A stretch of 23,638 nucleotides of DNA from Candidatus Woesearchaeota archaeon (GCA_016180085.1 JACPBX010000002.1:1-23638), one strand, 5' to 3'. Positions 1 to 8,105 are shown, numbered from the stretch's first letter. Made by a program: numbers and translations. The notes: generated from the letters alone by a model not told the origin.

Positions 1-93
1 CTAACCGAATATCAGACTCGCCCATCTTTTTGGTCAAGCTTTTTGCTTGCAAAAAGGTTGTGCGGCGTTCTAGCCAAGCTGAACTATGGGCCC
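1..93 (-). tRNA. tRNA-Ile(GAU), 5' part only, with introns at 30/31 (61..17, 45 nt) and 37/38 (starts at 9, runs off the window)
   Basis: Minus strand reads GGGCCCA-TA-GTTC-AGCTTGGCTA-GAAC-G-CCGC|intron|T-CT-GAT-A|intron. Intron 1 BHB: CGCC pairs with intron GGCG, with 3-nt bulges GCA and AGT. Intron 2: CTGA pairs with TTAG (4..1). The 3' half is outside the window. Confidence 0.8.
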
Positions 94-108
94 AATGATG
101 ATAATAAG

Positions 109-267
109 CGCCCCGGGCCAGACTCGAACTGGCGACCATCCACTCCTATTGAGGATTTGTGGTATCCGCTAGCAAGTAACAGCTTCGTAAGCTTAATGAA
201 TAAGCCATTAAAGCGTCACACGCTCTACCTGTTGCTCCGCTGTTGGCAGCGTCTAAGCTACCGGGGC
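109..267 (-). tRNA. tRNA-Asn(GUU) with four BHB introns: 252..232 (15/16), 216..184 (30/31), 176..164 (37/38), 156..138 (44/45)
   Basis: 159 nt minus 86 nt of introns gives the 73-nt cloverleaf GCCCCGGTAGCTTAGCAGGTAGAGCGTGTGGCTGTTAACCACAAGGTCGCCAGTTCGAGTCTGGCCCGGGGCG. All stems pair, and each intron has a 4-bp central helix with two 3-nt bulges. Confidence 0.9.
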
Positions 268-300
268 ATGACCTTTTTAGAAAAAAGGTCAATCAAAAAG
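268..300. repeat. Palindromic repeat element (core copy) abutting the tRNA-Asn 5' end
   Basis: ATGACCTTTTT-AGA-AAAAAGGTCAATCAAAAAG; 30/33 identical to 13577..13609; contains a perfect 10-bp inverted repeat. Confidence 0.85.
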
Positions 301-370
301 CGGAAGAGGGCGGTTTATATACTTTTTGCCACAGTTAAATATTAATATGACCGCAGCAGCCGCCATTCTA

Positions 371-700
371 ATGATAACCTGGCAGGATTTTGAAAAAGTT
401 GAAATGCGCGTGGGCACTGTGATCTCTGCCGAGGATTTTCCCGAAGCGAAAAACCCGGCTTACAAGCTCACCATTGACTTTGGAAGCTTCGGAATTAAGA
501 AGTCAAGCGCGCAGATAACAAAGCTATACGGCAAAAAGGAACTTATGGGGAAACAAGTCATCGCTGTTGTCAACTTTCCGCCAAAGCAGATAGCTAATTT
601 TATATCGGAATGCCTCGTTCTTGGCGTTGTGATGGAAAACAATGAAATCGTATTGCTGCAGCCGGAAAGGAAGGTTAATAACGGCTGCAGAATAGCTTGA
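371..700 (+). CDS. csaA: tRNA-binding OB-fold protein / CsaA-type chaperone
   Basis: ITWQDFEKVEMRVGTV, PAYKLTIDFG, KKSSAQIT, AVVNFPPKQIA and SECLVLG are characteristic of the CsaA/Trbp111 family. Start uncertain (347 or 371). Confidence 0.85.
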   Translation: MITWQDFEKVEMRVGTVISAEDFPEAKNPAYKLTIDFGSFGIKKSSAQITKLYGKKELMGKQVIAVVNFPPKQIANFISECLVLGVVMENNEIVLLQPERKVNNGCRIA

Positions 701-716
701 TGGAGGACTGAACCAA

Positions 717-1259
717 ATGGAATCTGAAGACTTTAAGCTGCCGATTGGCTCGCCGCTCATAAGCTTTGACATGAAGGGCACTGACGGCAGGAATTACATG
801 TCAAAGTACTACCTGAACAGGGATTTCCTGATTGTTGTGTTTACATGCAACCACTGCCCTTATGCCCAGGCTTACGAGGACAGGATTATCGCCATAGCAA
901 AGGAGTTCTCAAAAAACGCTGCCTTTTTTGCGATAAACTCAAACGACGCAAGCAAATACCCGCAGGACAGCTTTGAGAACATGAAAATCAGGGCAAGTGA
1001 AAAAGGCTTCCCATTCCCGTATCTGCATGACGAAAGCCAGGAAACAGCAAGGGCTTACGGCGCTTTGGTAACCCCTCACTGCTTCGTCTTCGACAAGTCC
1101 GGAAGGCTCGCTTACCAGGGCGGCGTTGATGACAACTGGGAAAACCCGAAAGCCGCGACAAAACACTACCTGAGGGATGCGTTGCTGGAGTTATCCGCAG
1201 GCAAGCCTGTCACAAAGAAAACTGCTCCTGTTATTGGGTGCTCGATAAAGTGGAAATGA
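717..1259 (+). CDS. Thioredoxin-fold AhpC/TSA-family (peroxiredoxin-like) protein
   Basis: FTCNHCPYA CxxC motif, FAINSND, FPYLHDESQETARAYGA, TPHCFVFD, YQGGVDD and C-terminal GCSIKW. Confidence 0.85.
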   Translation: MESEDFKLPIGSPLISFDMKGTDGRNYMSKYYLNRDFLIVVFTCNHCPYAQAYEDRIIAIAKEFSKNAAFFAINSNDASKYPQDSFENMKIRASEKGFPFPYLHDESQETARAYGALVTPHCFVFDKSGRLAYQGGVDDNWENPKAATKHYLRDALLELSAGKPVTKKTAPVIGCSIKWK

Positions 1260-1276
1260 TTGTGATGGCGTTTATG

Positions 1277-1364
1277 CGCCGGAGGCGGGATTTGAACCCA
1301 CGTGACTCGGTGTGAGTCTCCTGCTCCTGAAGCAGGTGCAATAACCAGACTATGCGACTCCGGC
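1277..1364 (-). tRNA. Class II tRNA, anticodon CAG (nominally Leu) on a Ser-like body
   Basis: GCCGGAG-TC-GCAT-AGTCTGGTTA-TTGC-A-CCTGC-TT-CAG-GA-GCAGG, long variable arm GACTC/GAGTC, GTGGG-TTCAAAT-CCCGC, CTCCGGC, G73. Confidence 0.9.
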
Positions 1365-1559
1365 ATTGCACAAACGCCGCTACAAGTGCTTCTTTTCAGA
1401 TTCATAAGTTTTACCGTCGATTTTCAGCAAATTTTACGAGAATCACGAAAGAATTTCAATACAGGGCGTATTTTTTTCTATTTTTTCAAGATTTATTGAA
1501 AGATTTCCAAGAATATCGCAAATTCGCCAGGCAGATTTACAGAAGGCTTAGTGAGTTAG

Positions 1560-1574
1560 CGAAAGGTTTAAATA
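1560..1574 (+). promoter_or_regulatory. Putative BRE-TATA promoter with no adjacent ORF
   Basis: CGAAAGG followed by TTTAAATA; the next real ORF starts about 150 bp downstream and has its own TATA box. Confidence 0.4.
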
Positions 1575-1678
1575 AAACATAACACCTAATAGCTATAAAT
1601 CGGTGTGAGTCAGAGTTTTTCTGCAATAGCCGGGCTATGGGACCCGCGCTTTTTTATTTTAAAAATCCAACCATTAAC

Positions 1679-1702
1679 TTTATAAAACAGTTTATAAAAC
1701 AG
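1679..1702 (+). promoter_or_regulatory. Tandemly duplicated TATA box upstream of the Dph6-family gene
   Basis: TTTATAAAACAG occurs twice (1679..1690, 1691..1702); the second TATA lies about 24-31 nt before ATG 1722, the usual archaeal spacing for a short or absent leader. Confidence 0.55.
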
Positions 1703-1721
1703 CGGCAGCTGCAAATTCCAT

Positions 1722-2462
1722 ATGAACGTCGCAATCATGTACTCCGGTGGCAAGGACAGCAACTACGCTGTCCAGCACGCTTTGGAGAAAGGCTGGAACA
1801 TTAAGTATCTTCTCTCGGTAAAGCCGACCAGGACTGACTGCTACCTTTTCCACTTTGCTACGGTTGAGCACACTCCATTGCAGGCAGAAGCATTGGGACT
1901 AAAGCATTATCTTCTCAGCTGCAATGTTGCTGACCCTAAGAAGGAGGCAGCGATAGTGGAAAAATTCGTCGCTGAAAAGCAAAAGTCGAAGGCAGAGAAG
2001 GTTGATGCTGTATTGCTTGGCGGAACCGGCTTGCAGGCAACCCAGATAAGGAGCATTCAGGAAGCCCTGATGCCTTACGGGATTGAGGTTTTCGCTGCGC
2101 ATTCTGGAGATGACCATGAAACTATTTTCAGGAAGATGCTGGCTGACGGTTTTGACATAATTGTTACTCAAGTGGCTGCAGAGGGCGCTCCAAAGTGGCT
2201 TGGCAAGACAATAACTAAAGAAAACTTTGAGGAATTGAAAAAGGATTCTGAGAGGTATGGCTTTCATTTAGGCTTTGATGGCGGTCACATGGACACATTT
2301 GTTGTTGACGCCCCAACGTTCGTCAGGAAAATAATTGTCGATGACATGGAAACGGTAATGGAAGATGCCTATTCGGGGCATGTTGTGATTAAGAAGCTCA
2401 GGCTTGACGGCAAGAAACCGCAGAAGGAAGGTCAGGTTGTCGCAGCAAAAGTTACTGCCTGA
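1722..2462 (+). CDS. dph6: PP-loop ATP pyrophosphatase, diphthine--ammonia ligase (Dph6/MJ0570) family
   Basis: N-terminal MYSGGKDS PP-loop, YLFH...LQAEALG, IIVTQVAAEG, WLGKTI, GFHLGFDGGHMDTFVVDAPTF. Confidence 0.75.
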   Translation: MNVAIMYSGGKDSNYAVQHALEKGWNIKYLLSVKPTRTDCYLFHFATVEHTPLQAEALGLKHYLLSCNVADPKKEAAIVEKFVAEKQKSKAEKVDAVLLGGTGLQATQIRSIQEALMPYGIEVFAAHSGDDHETIFRKMLADGFDIIVTQVAAEGAPKWLGKTITKENFEELKKDSERYGFHLGFDGGHMDTFVVDAPTFVRKIIVDDMETVMEDAYSGHVVIKKLRLDGKKPQKEGQVVAAKVTA

Positions 2463-2649
2463 ATTCTTCGTTTTTTCAGCCATATTGACCGAAACATATT
2501 TAAACAAAAGAAGCATTGTTTTTCTGTTGATTTTCCGACGACAAAATCGGGCTTGAAGCAGCCCAAAAACAGCTTAAAAACAGCCCAGAAAAGGGGCGCA
2601 TTCTGAGCTCCGGGAAAAACAGTCAAAAATCACGAAAATAGTGGCAAAA

Positions 2650-4602
2650 ATGGCAGATTCGGAAGCTGCGGCAACGGCAGCAAAGGAAGCGAAAGATGTG
2701 AATGACGCTAAAGAAAAATACGATGCGTCAAGCATCCAGGTTCTTGAAGGGCTCGAGTCGGTAAGGAAAAGGCCTGGCATGTACATAGGCAGCACCAGCG
2801 CCACAGGGCTGCACCACCTGGTTTATGAGGTGGTTGATAATTCCGTTGACGAGGCCCTGGCTGGCTACTGCACAAGGATAGCTGTCGTCATCCATCCTGA
2901 TAATTCTGTCACGGTCAGCGATAACGGGAGAGGGATACCTTTTGAAGTGATGCCGCAGTACAAGAAGACAGCATTGGAGATTGTGATGACAAAGCTCCAC
3001 GCTGGCGGAAAGTTTGACAGGAAGAGTTACAAGGTCTCAGGCGGCTTGCATGGAGTGGGGGTTTCTGTCGTTAATGCGCTTTCCACGAGGATGACTGTTG
3101 AGGTCAGGCGCGATGGGAAGGTGTGCAGGCAGACGTATGAGAAAGGAAACCCGGTCACCGATGTTGAGTTTGCCGGGAGCACAGCTGCTGGCGAAACCGG
3201 CACGACAGTCACCTTTGTGCCGGATTCCACAATCTTTGAGACAACTGATTTTAACTTTGATGTTCTTTCAAGCAGGCTGAGGGAGCTCGCGTTCCTTAAC
3301 CCAAAGCTGGAGATTTCCATAAGGGAGGAGCGCTCCGGCAAGGAGCACACCTTCAAGTACGATGGCGGGATAAAATCGTTTGTCGAGTTCATCAACCAGA
3401 ACAAGAAGGCCATGCACGAGGTTGTTCACATCCAGGGCCAGAAGAACGGCACGCAGATAGAGGCCGCATTCCAGTATAACGACGGATACCTGCCCAACAT
3501 CTTCAGCTTCGTAAACACGATAAACACTGTTGAGGGAGGCACTCACCTTTCAGGCTTCAGGACTGCGCTTACAAGGACGGTAAACACCTACGCTGAGAAG
3601 CACAGGCTCCTTGACAAGGACACAAAGATTTCAAGCGAAGACACAATTGAGGGCATGTCGGCAGTCATTGCCATCAAGGTGGCTGAGCCGCAGTTTGAAG
3701 GCCAGACAAAGAAAAAGCTTGGAAACTCTGAGGTAAAGGGCCTCGTTGACTCGGCAATCAGCTCTTCCCTCTCAACCTTTCTCGAGGAAAACCCGAAGAC
3801 TGCAAGGACAATCGTGGAGAAGTGCGTTAACGCTGCCATGGCAAGGGAAGCGGCAAGGAAGGCCAAGGACCTTGTGAGGAGGAAGACGCTGTTCGAGGGC
3901 AGCTCGCTGCCGGGAAAGCTTGCTGACTGCTCAAGCACGGACCCGGCCCAGTGCGAGCTTTACATCGTTGAGGGCGACAGCGCTGGCGGAAGCTGCAAGC
4001 AGGCAAGGAACCGGGAGTTCCAGGCGGTGCTGCCGCTGAAAGGCAAAATCCTAAATGTTGAGAAGGCAAGGCTGCACAAGATATTCGCTAGCAGGGAAAT
4101 CGTTGCCTTGGCTTCTGCCATTGGAACAGGCGTTGGCGACGATTTTGACGCAAAAAAACTCCGCTACCACAGGATAATTTTAATGTGCGACGCTGACGTT
4201 GACGGCTCCCACATCCGGACATTGCTGCTGACCTTCTTTTTCAGGTATATGAAGCAGCTTATCGAAGCAGGCTATGTTTACATCGCCCAGCCACCCCTGT
4301 ACAAGCTGACAAAGAGCAGGAAGGACTACTACGTTTACAACGACTCGAAACTGCAGGAGCTGCTGCAGCAACTCGGAGAGGATGGGATTTCGCTTCAGCG
4401 CTACAAAGGGCTTGGCGAGATGAACCCCGAGCAGCTCTGGTCAACAACCATGAATCCTGAAACCAGGGCACTGCTGAGAGTCAGCGTTGACGACGCTGTG
4501 GAAGCAGACAAGATATTCACAATCCTGATGGGCGAGGAAGTCGAGCCGAGAAGGCTGTTTATCGAGCAGCACGCGCTTGAGGTAAGGAACCTCGACGTTT
4601 AA
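2650..4602 (+). CDS. gyrB: DNA gyrase subunit B
   Basis: YDASSIQVLEGLESVRKRPGMYIG, EVVDNSVDE, LHAGGKF, GGLHGVGVSVVNALS, EGDSAGG, PLKGKILNV, DADVDGSHI, QRYKGLGEMNPEQLW and C-terminal NLDV. Alternative GTG start at 2641. Confidence 0.97.
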   Translation: MADSEAAATAAKEAKDVNDAKEKYDASSIQVLEGLESVRKRPGMYIGSTSATGLHHLVYEVVDNSVDEALAGYCTRIAVVIHPDNSVTVSDNGRGIPFEVMPQYKKTALEIVMTKLHAGGKFDRKSYKVSGGLHGVGVSVVNALSTRMTVEVRRDGKVCRQTYEKGNPVTDVEFAGSTAAGETGTTVTFVPDSTIFETTDFNFDVLSSRLRELAFLNPKLEISIREERSGKEHTFKYDGGIKSFVEFINQNKKAMHEVVHIQGQKNGTQIEAAFQYNDGYLPNIFSFVNTINTVEGGTHLSGFRTALTRTVNTYAEKHRLLDKDTKISSEDTIEGMSAVIAIKVAEPQFEGQTKKKLGNSEVKGLVDSAISSSLSTFLEENPKTARTIVEKCVNAAMAREAARKAKDLVRRKTLFEGSSLPGKLADCSSTDPAQCELYIVEGDSAGGSCKQARNREFQAVLPLKGKILNVEKARLHKIFASREIVALASAIGTGVGDDFDAKKLRYHRIILMCDADVDGSHIRTLLLTFFFRYMKQLIEAGYVYIAQPPLYKLTKSRKDYYVYNDSKLQELLQQLGEDGISLQRYKGLGEMNPEQLWSTTMNPETRALLRVSVDDAVEADKIFTILMGEEVEPRRLFIEQHALEVRNLDV

Positions 4603-4700
4603 GTGTAAATCCTTGAACAACGCCAGCGCAGAAAGCAGGAATACAGCAAAACCCAGAATGGAAAAAATTATTAATAAAAAGCATAGAAAGACAATAATTT

Positions 4701-4919
4701 ATGGCAAAGCCAAAGTGGTTTATTGGATTTAAGCTATTAATTATTGCTACATTAGTTGGTTTGTTTACAGTGGCACTATTTCTTTTTCCAATTTTCGGAA
4801 TCTTCACAAAATTTTTGCCATTCGTTTTTATATTAGTTTTAGTAATTTTCATTGAACCAATTTATGATTTTATTCATGGCAAAGGTGCTTTTAGACAATG
4901 GTTAAAAATGCATAAATGA
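4701..4919 (+). CDS. Small AT-rich two-TM membrane protein, hypothetical
   Basis: 72-aa ORF with two hydrophobic stretches; about 28% GC by hand count versus roughly 50% in flanking genes. Confidence 0.55.
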   Translation: MAKPKWFIGFKLLIIATLVGLFTVALFLFPIFGIFTKFLPFVFILVLVIFIEPIYDFIHGKGAFRQWLKMHK

Positions 4920-4989
4920 CTAAAACAGCTGACATTAACCAGCCTTCACTTACCAGTCACCGTTTTACCAATACCACACCATCGCAACC

Positions 4990-4997
4990 TTTTTAAA
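4990..4997 (+). promoter_or_regulatory. Putative TATA box of rps3ae
   Basis: TTTTTAAA about 26-33 nt upstream of ATG 5023. Confidence 0.5.
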
Positions 4998-5022
4998 CGG
5001 GCTGTCAGTTCTCAAAAAGTTG

Positions 5023-5763
5023 ATGGCAGAAGCAAAGCAGGCATTGAAGATTGTGAAGAAGAAGTGGCTGCCGATAAGGGCGAGCAAGTTCTTTAACAAT
5101 GAGTTCCTGGGAGAGTGCTATATCCCGGGGCCGGAACAGCTTCTTGGCAGGACCATTTCAGCAAATCTTGCAAATCTTACCGGTGACATAAGACAGCAGT
5201 CGGTAACGCTCAAGTTCCTGGTCACGTCGTTAGAGGGTGATGCAGGCATTGCAGATGTCGTCAGCTGCGAAATGGCCCCTTCAGCGATAAGGCGCATAGT
5301 CAGGAGGGGCTCTGACAGGCTTGACGAGTCATTCATATGCGAGATAGAAAACGGGCAGAAGGTCAGGATAAAGCCAATGATAATAACCAAAGCAGCAACA
5401 AACAGCGCAGTCCACCGCCTGCTTAGGAACGCCCTCGTCAGCAGCATTGCCAAATACGTCAGGAAACACACCTTTGAGTCGCTGATAAACGAGGTAATCA
5501 CCTCAAAACTCCAGACAACAGTCAAGTCAGAGCTTAAGAAGGTCTATCCACTGAAAGCTGTTGAGGTCAGGGCACTTGAAATTGTCCGTGAGGAGAGGAA
5601 GGGCGGGGAAAAAGAAGGTGAGTCGAAGGGCGAAGATACTGCCAAAGAGCAGGGCAGCCAAGGCAGCCAGGACACCGTCCAAGGAGAGCCAGAAGAGCAG
5701 GAAGTGGAAGAGGCGCAGGAAGAGACTGCTGCCGAAGCCGAAGTGCCCGAAAAACAGGATTAA
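5023..5763 (+). CDS. rps3ae: 30S ribosomal protein S3Ae (eS1) with acidic C-terminal tail
   Basis: KKKWLPIRASKFF...LGRTI..NLANLTGD and IRRIVRRGSDRLD; ends the fold with KKVYPLKAVEVRALEI. This protein is specific to archaea and eukaryotes. Confidence 0.9.
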   Translation: MAEAKQALKIVKKKWLPIRASKFFNNEFLGECYIPGPEQLLGRTISANLANLTGDIRQQSVTLKFLVTSLEGDAGIADVVSCEMAPSAIRRIVRRGSDRLDESFICEIENGQKVRIKPMIITKAATNSAVHRLLRNALVSSIAKYVRKHTFESLINEVITSKLQTTVKSELKKVYPLKAVEVRALEIVREERKGGEKEGESKGEDTAKEQGSQGSQDTVQGEPEEQEVEEAQEETAAEAEVPEKQD

Positions 5764-5900
5764 CCAAACACGCCTTTTATCTCTATTTAGTAGTGGTTAA
5801 AAACCTTCTTATAGTGTGCAATGAAAAAAAGCGCTGGTAGTTGCAGCTCTATCAAAAAGAGAGGTTTAAAAGAGGCATAAAGAATAAAGAGGTTCAGATT

Positions 5901-8105
5901 ATGGCTAATGACGCCGAAACAGAAGCAAAACCAGAAGCTGTAAAGACAGGCGCCGACAGGCTTCTTGAGCTTGTGAAGGGCTCGAAGGAGATTGCGCTGG
6001 CTGATGCAGCCCAGCGGCTGGGCGTCCCTGTCCAGACAGTTGAGGCGTGGTCTAATTTTCTCGAGGAAGACGGCCTTATAGCTGTGAAGTACAAGTTCAC
6101 AACGCCTTATCTTTCCTCTCCTGAAGCGCCAAAGGCTGCAGCAAAAAACAGGCTTCTCGGCATTGTTTCCGAAGGGCCTCAGGGCCTTGAAGGGATGGAA
6201 AAGGCCGGGGAGCTTGTTGACGTCAAGGCCTCTGTTGAAAGCGCAAGGGAGCTTCTCACCAAGGCATCTGAAGAAAAAACCATAGGCGAGTTTGGCTTGT
6301 TGAGGCAGACCTATGAGGACCTGCTGGCTAAGTTAAGGCTTGCCCATGACAGGCTCGCAGCCCAGCCAGGCATTGCACCGCAAAAGAGGGTTGCACTCAG
6401 TGAGTTTCTGAAAAGGCTTGACAGCATGCTCCAGTCAGCTGCCGATTATGTTTCCGAGGGAAGGTTTGACCAGGCAAATATATCTTATTCAGGCCTGCAA
6501 AAGCAGGCAGAGAAGACTGCTGAGGAGCTAAACCAGGTTTACGAGCAGATTGTCACGGTCAAGTCAGTTCAGGAAACCAAGGACTACAAGGAGCTCCTCG
6601 AAAAGGTTTACCAGCTCATGGAGGAAGGCAGGGTGGAGGAGGCGAAGCAGCTTTATGAGAAGCTGGAATTCGCCCGTGAGAACCTGGCAAAAGATTTTGT
6701 TGAGAAGAGGCAGAACATGGAGGAAGACCTTGTCAAGCTCAACAAGGACCTTGCAAGGAAGGTTGACCAGCTTAACATCAAAAAGCTCGGGGAGATGAGC
6801 AGGCGCATAAACCTGCTGCTGGATTCAGGCAGGCAGTTCCTCAGGAAGGGGGAGTTTGACACTGCAGAATCGTATTACACAGCCATAAAGCACGAATACG
6901 CCAAACTTCCTCCAGGCTTCGCAAAGGAAAAAAAGGAGCTGCAGGAGAAGGTGCTTGGTTTCTACAGCTCGCTTGCAAGCCAACGGGAGAAAGAGCTGAG
7001 GAAAGCCTTTGACAGGTCAGTGAAGGAGGTCCAATCCCTGATTAAGGAAACCCACAGCGTCATAAGCGAAAACAGGATAGGGGATGCCATCAAACTCTAC
7101 AACCGCGTCAGGACTCTTTTCGCAAGGCTGCCAAGGGGCTTTCTCGAGGAAAAGGCCGAACTGCAGGAAAAGATACTTCCCCTGTACACAGCAATAACCT
7201 CGGAATACACGCAGGAATCCCTCCGCAGGCTCAAGTCAAAGTCTGCCGATATAATAAGCCTGCTGGGCATGATGAACGAGCGCACAGAAAAGGGCGAGAT
7301 AAGGGAAGCCGAGGAGGCCTACGAAAGGATAAAACAGCTCTACCGTGAAATGCCTGAAGGCTTTCTTCACGAGGAAACCACCCTGCAGAACCAGATAGTG
7401 CAGGCTTACGAGGCATACCTGAAGAAAGCCAGGCTGCTGGAAACAACCAGCTTTGCCTCAGCGCTTTCTGAAATGTCAAAGCTTCTGGACAGTGCAGAAG
7501 GGGAACTGAAGAGAGGCGATTACGATTCTGCCAATGGCACATACCTCAAGATAATCAGCTTATACGACACCTTACCACCAGGCTTCATGGCTCAGAAGAC
7601 CGAGGTCAGGGGGAGGGTTCTCCGCCTTTACAAGGCACTGCTATCCGAAAGCTATCCTGTTTCAGGGGGGCTGGGGCAGGCAGGAGGAAAGGCAATCGGC
7701 AGGCAGCAAAAAAGGCCAGGCGCTGCAACTGCTGCAGCTACAGCAGGCTCTTCTGTCAGCGAAATGATTAAGCTCATTACCGATGTTCACACTGCTGTAC
7801 TGCACGGGAACTTCCGGTTCCTGCAGGGAATAATGCCAAGGCTTGATGCCCTTTCCAAGAGGCTGCCAAACCTTGCCAAAATAAGCCCGAGAATCTTTTC
7901 AAGGGTATCAGACTTAAGGGAAGAGCTGGAGCTGTACAAAAAAGCCTTGTCGCTCCAGGCGCTTTTCGAATCAAAACAGTCCAGGCAGCTGAAATCCGCC
8001 CTTGACTTAATTAAAAGGCAGTGCAGCATCCTGGTGCAGCGGTGCCCCGAGGACAAGGCCCTGTTTGACTACATAACAGGCCAGCATGATGTTTGGCCAG
8101 CATGA
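5901..8105 (+). CDS. Large helical-repeat protein (N-terminal wHTH-like segment plus five 74-aa LPxGF repeats); 5' part of a probably frameshifted gene
   Basis: GAGGT SD before ATG 5901; LPxGF-type motifs at 6684, 6906, 7128, 7350 and 7572 with an exact 222-nt period; the stop arises inside a 16-bp duplication. Confidence 0.8.
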   Translation: MANDAETEAKPEAVKTGADRLLELVKGSKEIALADAAQRLGVPVQTVEAWSNFLEEDGLIAVKYKFTTPYLSSPEAPKAAAKNRLLGIVSEGPQGLEGMEKAGELVDVKASVESARELLTKASEEKTIGEFGLLRQTYEDLLAKLRLAHDRLAAQPGIAPQKRVALSEFLKRLDSMLQSAADYVSEGRFDQANISYSGLQKQAEKTAEELNQVYEQIVTVKSVQETKDYKELLEKVYQLMEEGRVEEAKQLYEKLEFARENLAKDFVEKRQNMEEDLVKLNKDLARKVDQLNIKKLGEMSRRINLLLDSGRQFLRKGEFDTAESYYTAIKHEYAKLPPGFAKEKKELQEKVLGFYSSLASQREKELRKAFDRSVKEVQSLIKETHSVISENRIGDAIKLYNRVRTLFARLPRGFLEEKAELQEKILPLYTAITSEYTQESLRRLKSKSADIISLLGMMNERTEKGEIREAEEAYERIKQLYREMPEGFLHEETTLQNQIVQAYEAYLKKARLLETTSFASALSEMSKLLDSAEGELKRGDYDSANGTYLKIISLYDTLPPGFMAQKTEVRGRVLRLYKALLSESYPVSGGLGQAGGKAIGRQQKRPGAATAAATAGSSVSEMIKLITDVHTAVLHGNFRFLQGIMPRLDALSKRLPNLAKISPRIFSRVSDLREELELYKKALSLQALFESKQSRQLKSALDLIKRQCSILVQRCPEDKALFDYITGQHDVWPA

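Noticed and set aside
43-345. 100-aa plus-strand ORF
   Set aside because: It lies antisense to two tRNA genes and the repeat and has no protein-like motif.
1277-1364. tRNA-Sec (TCA) reading, or genome-wide CUG-to-Ser reassignment
   Set aside because: Shifting to TCA breaks the perfect CCTGC/GCAGG stem and the acceptor stem is a normal 7 bp; CTG encodes conserved Leu residues in GyrB.
1302-1582. ORFs 1302..1499 and 1352..1582
   Set aside because: They overlap the tRNA antisense and low-complexity AT-rich spacer, with no recognisable motifs.
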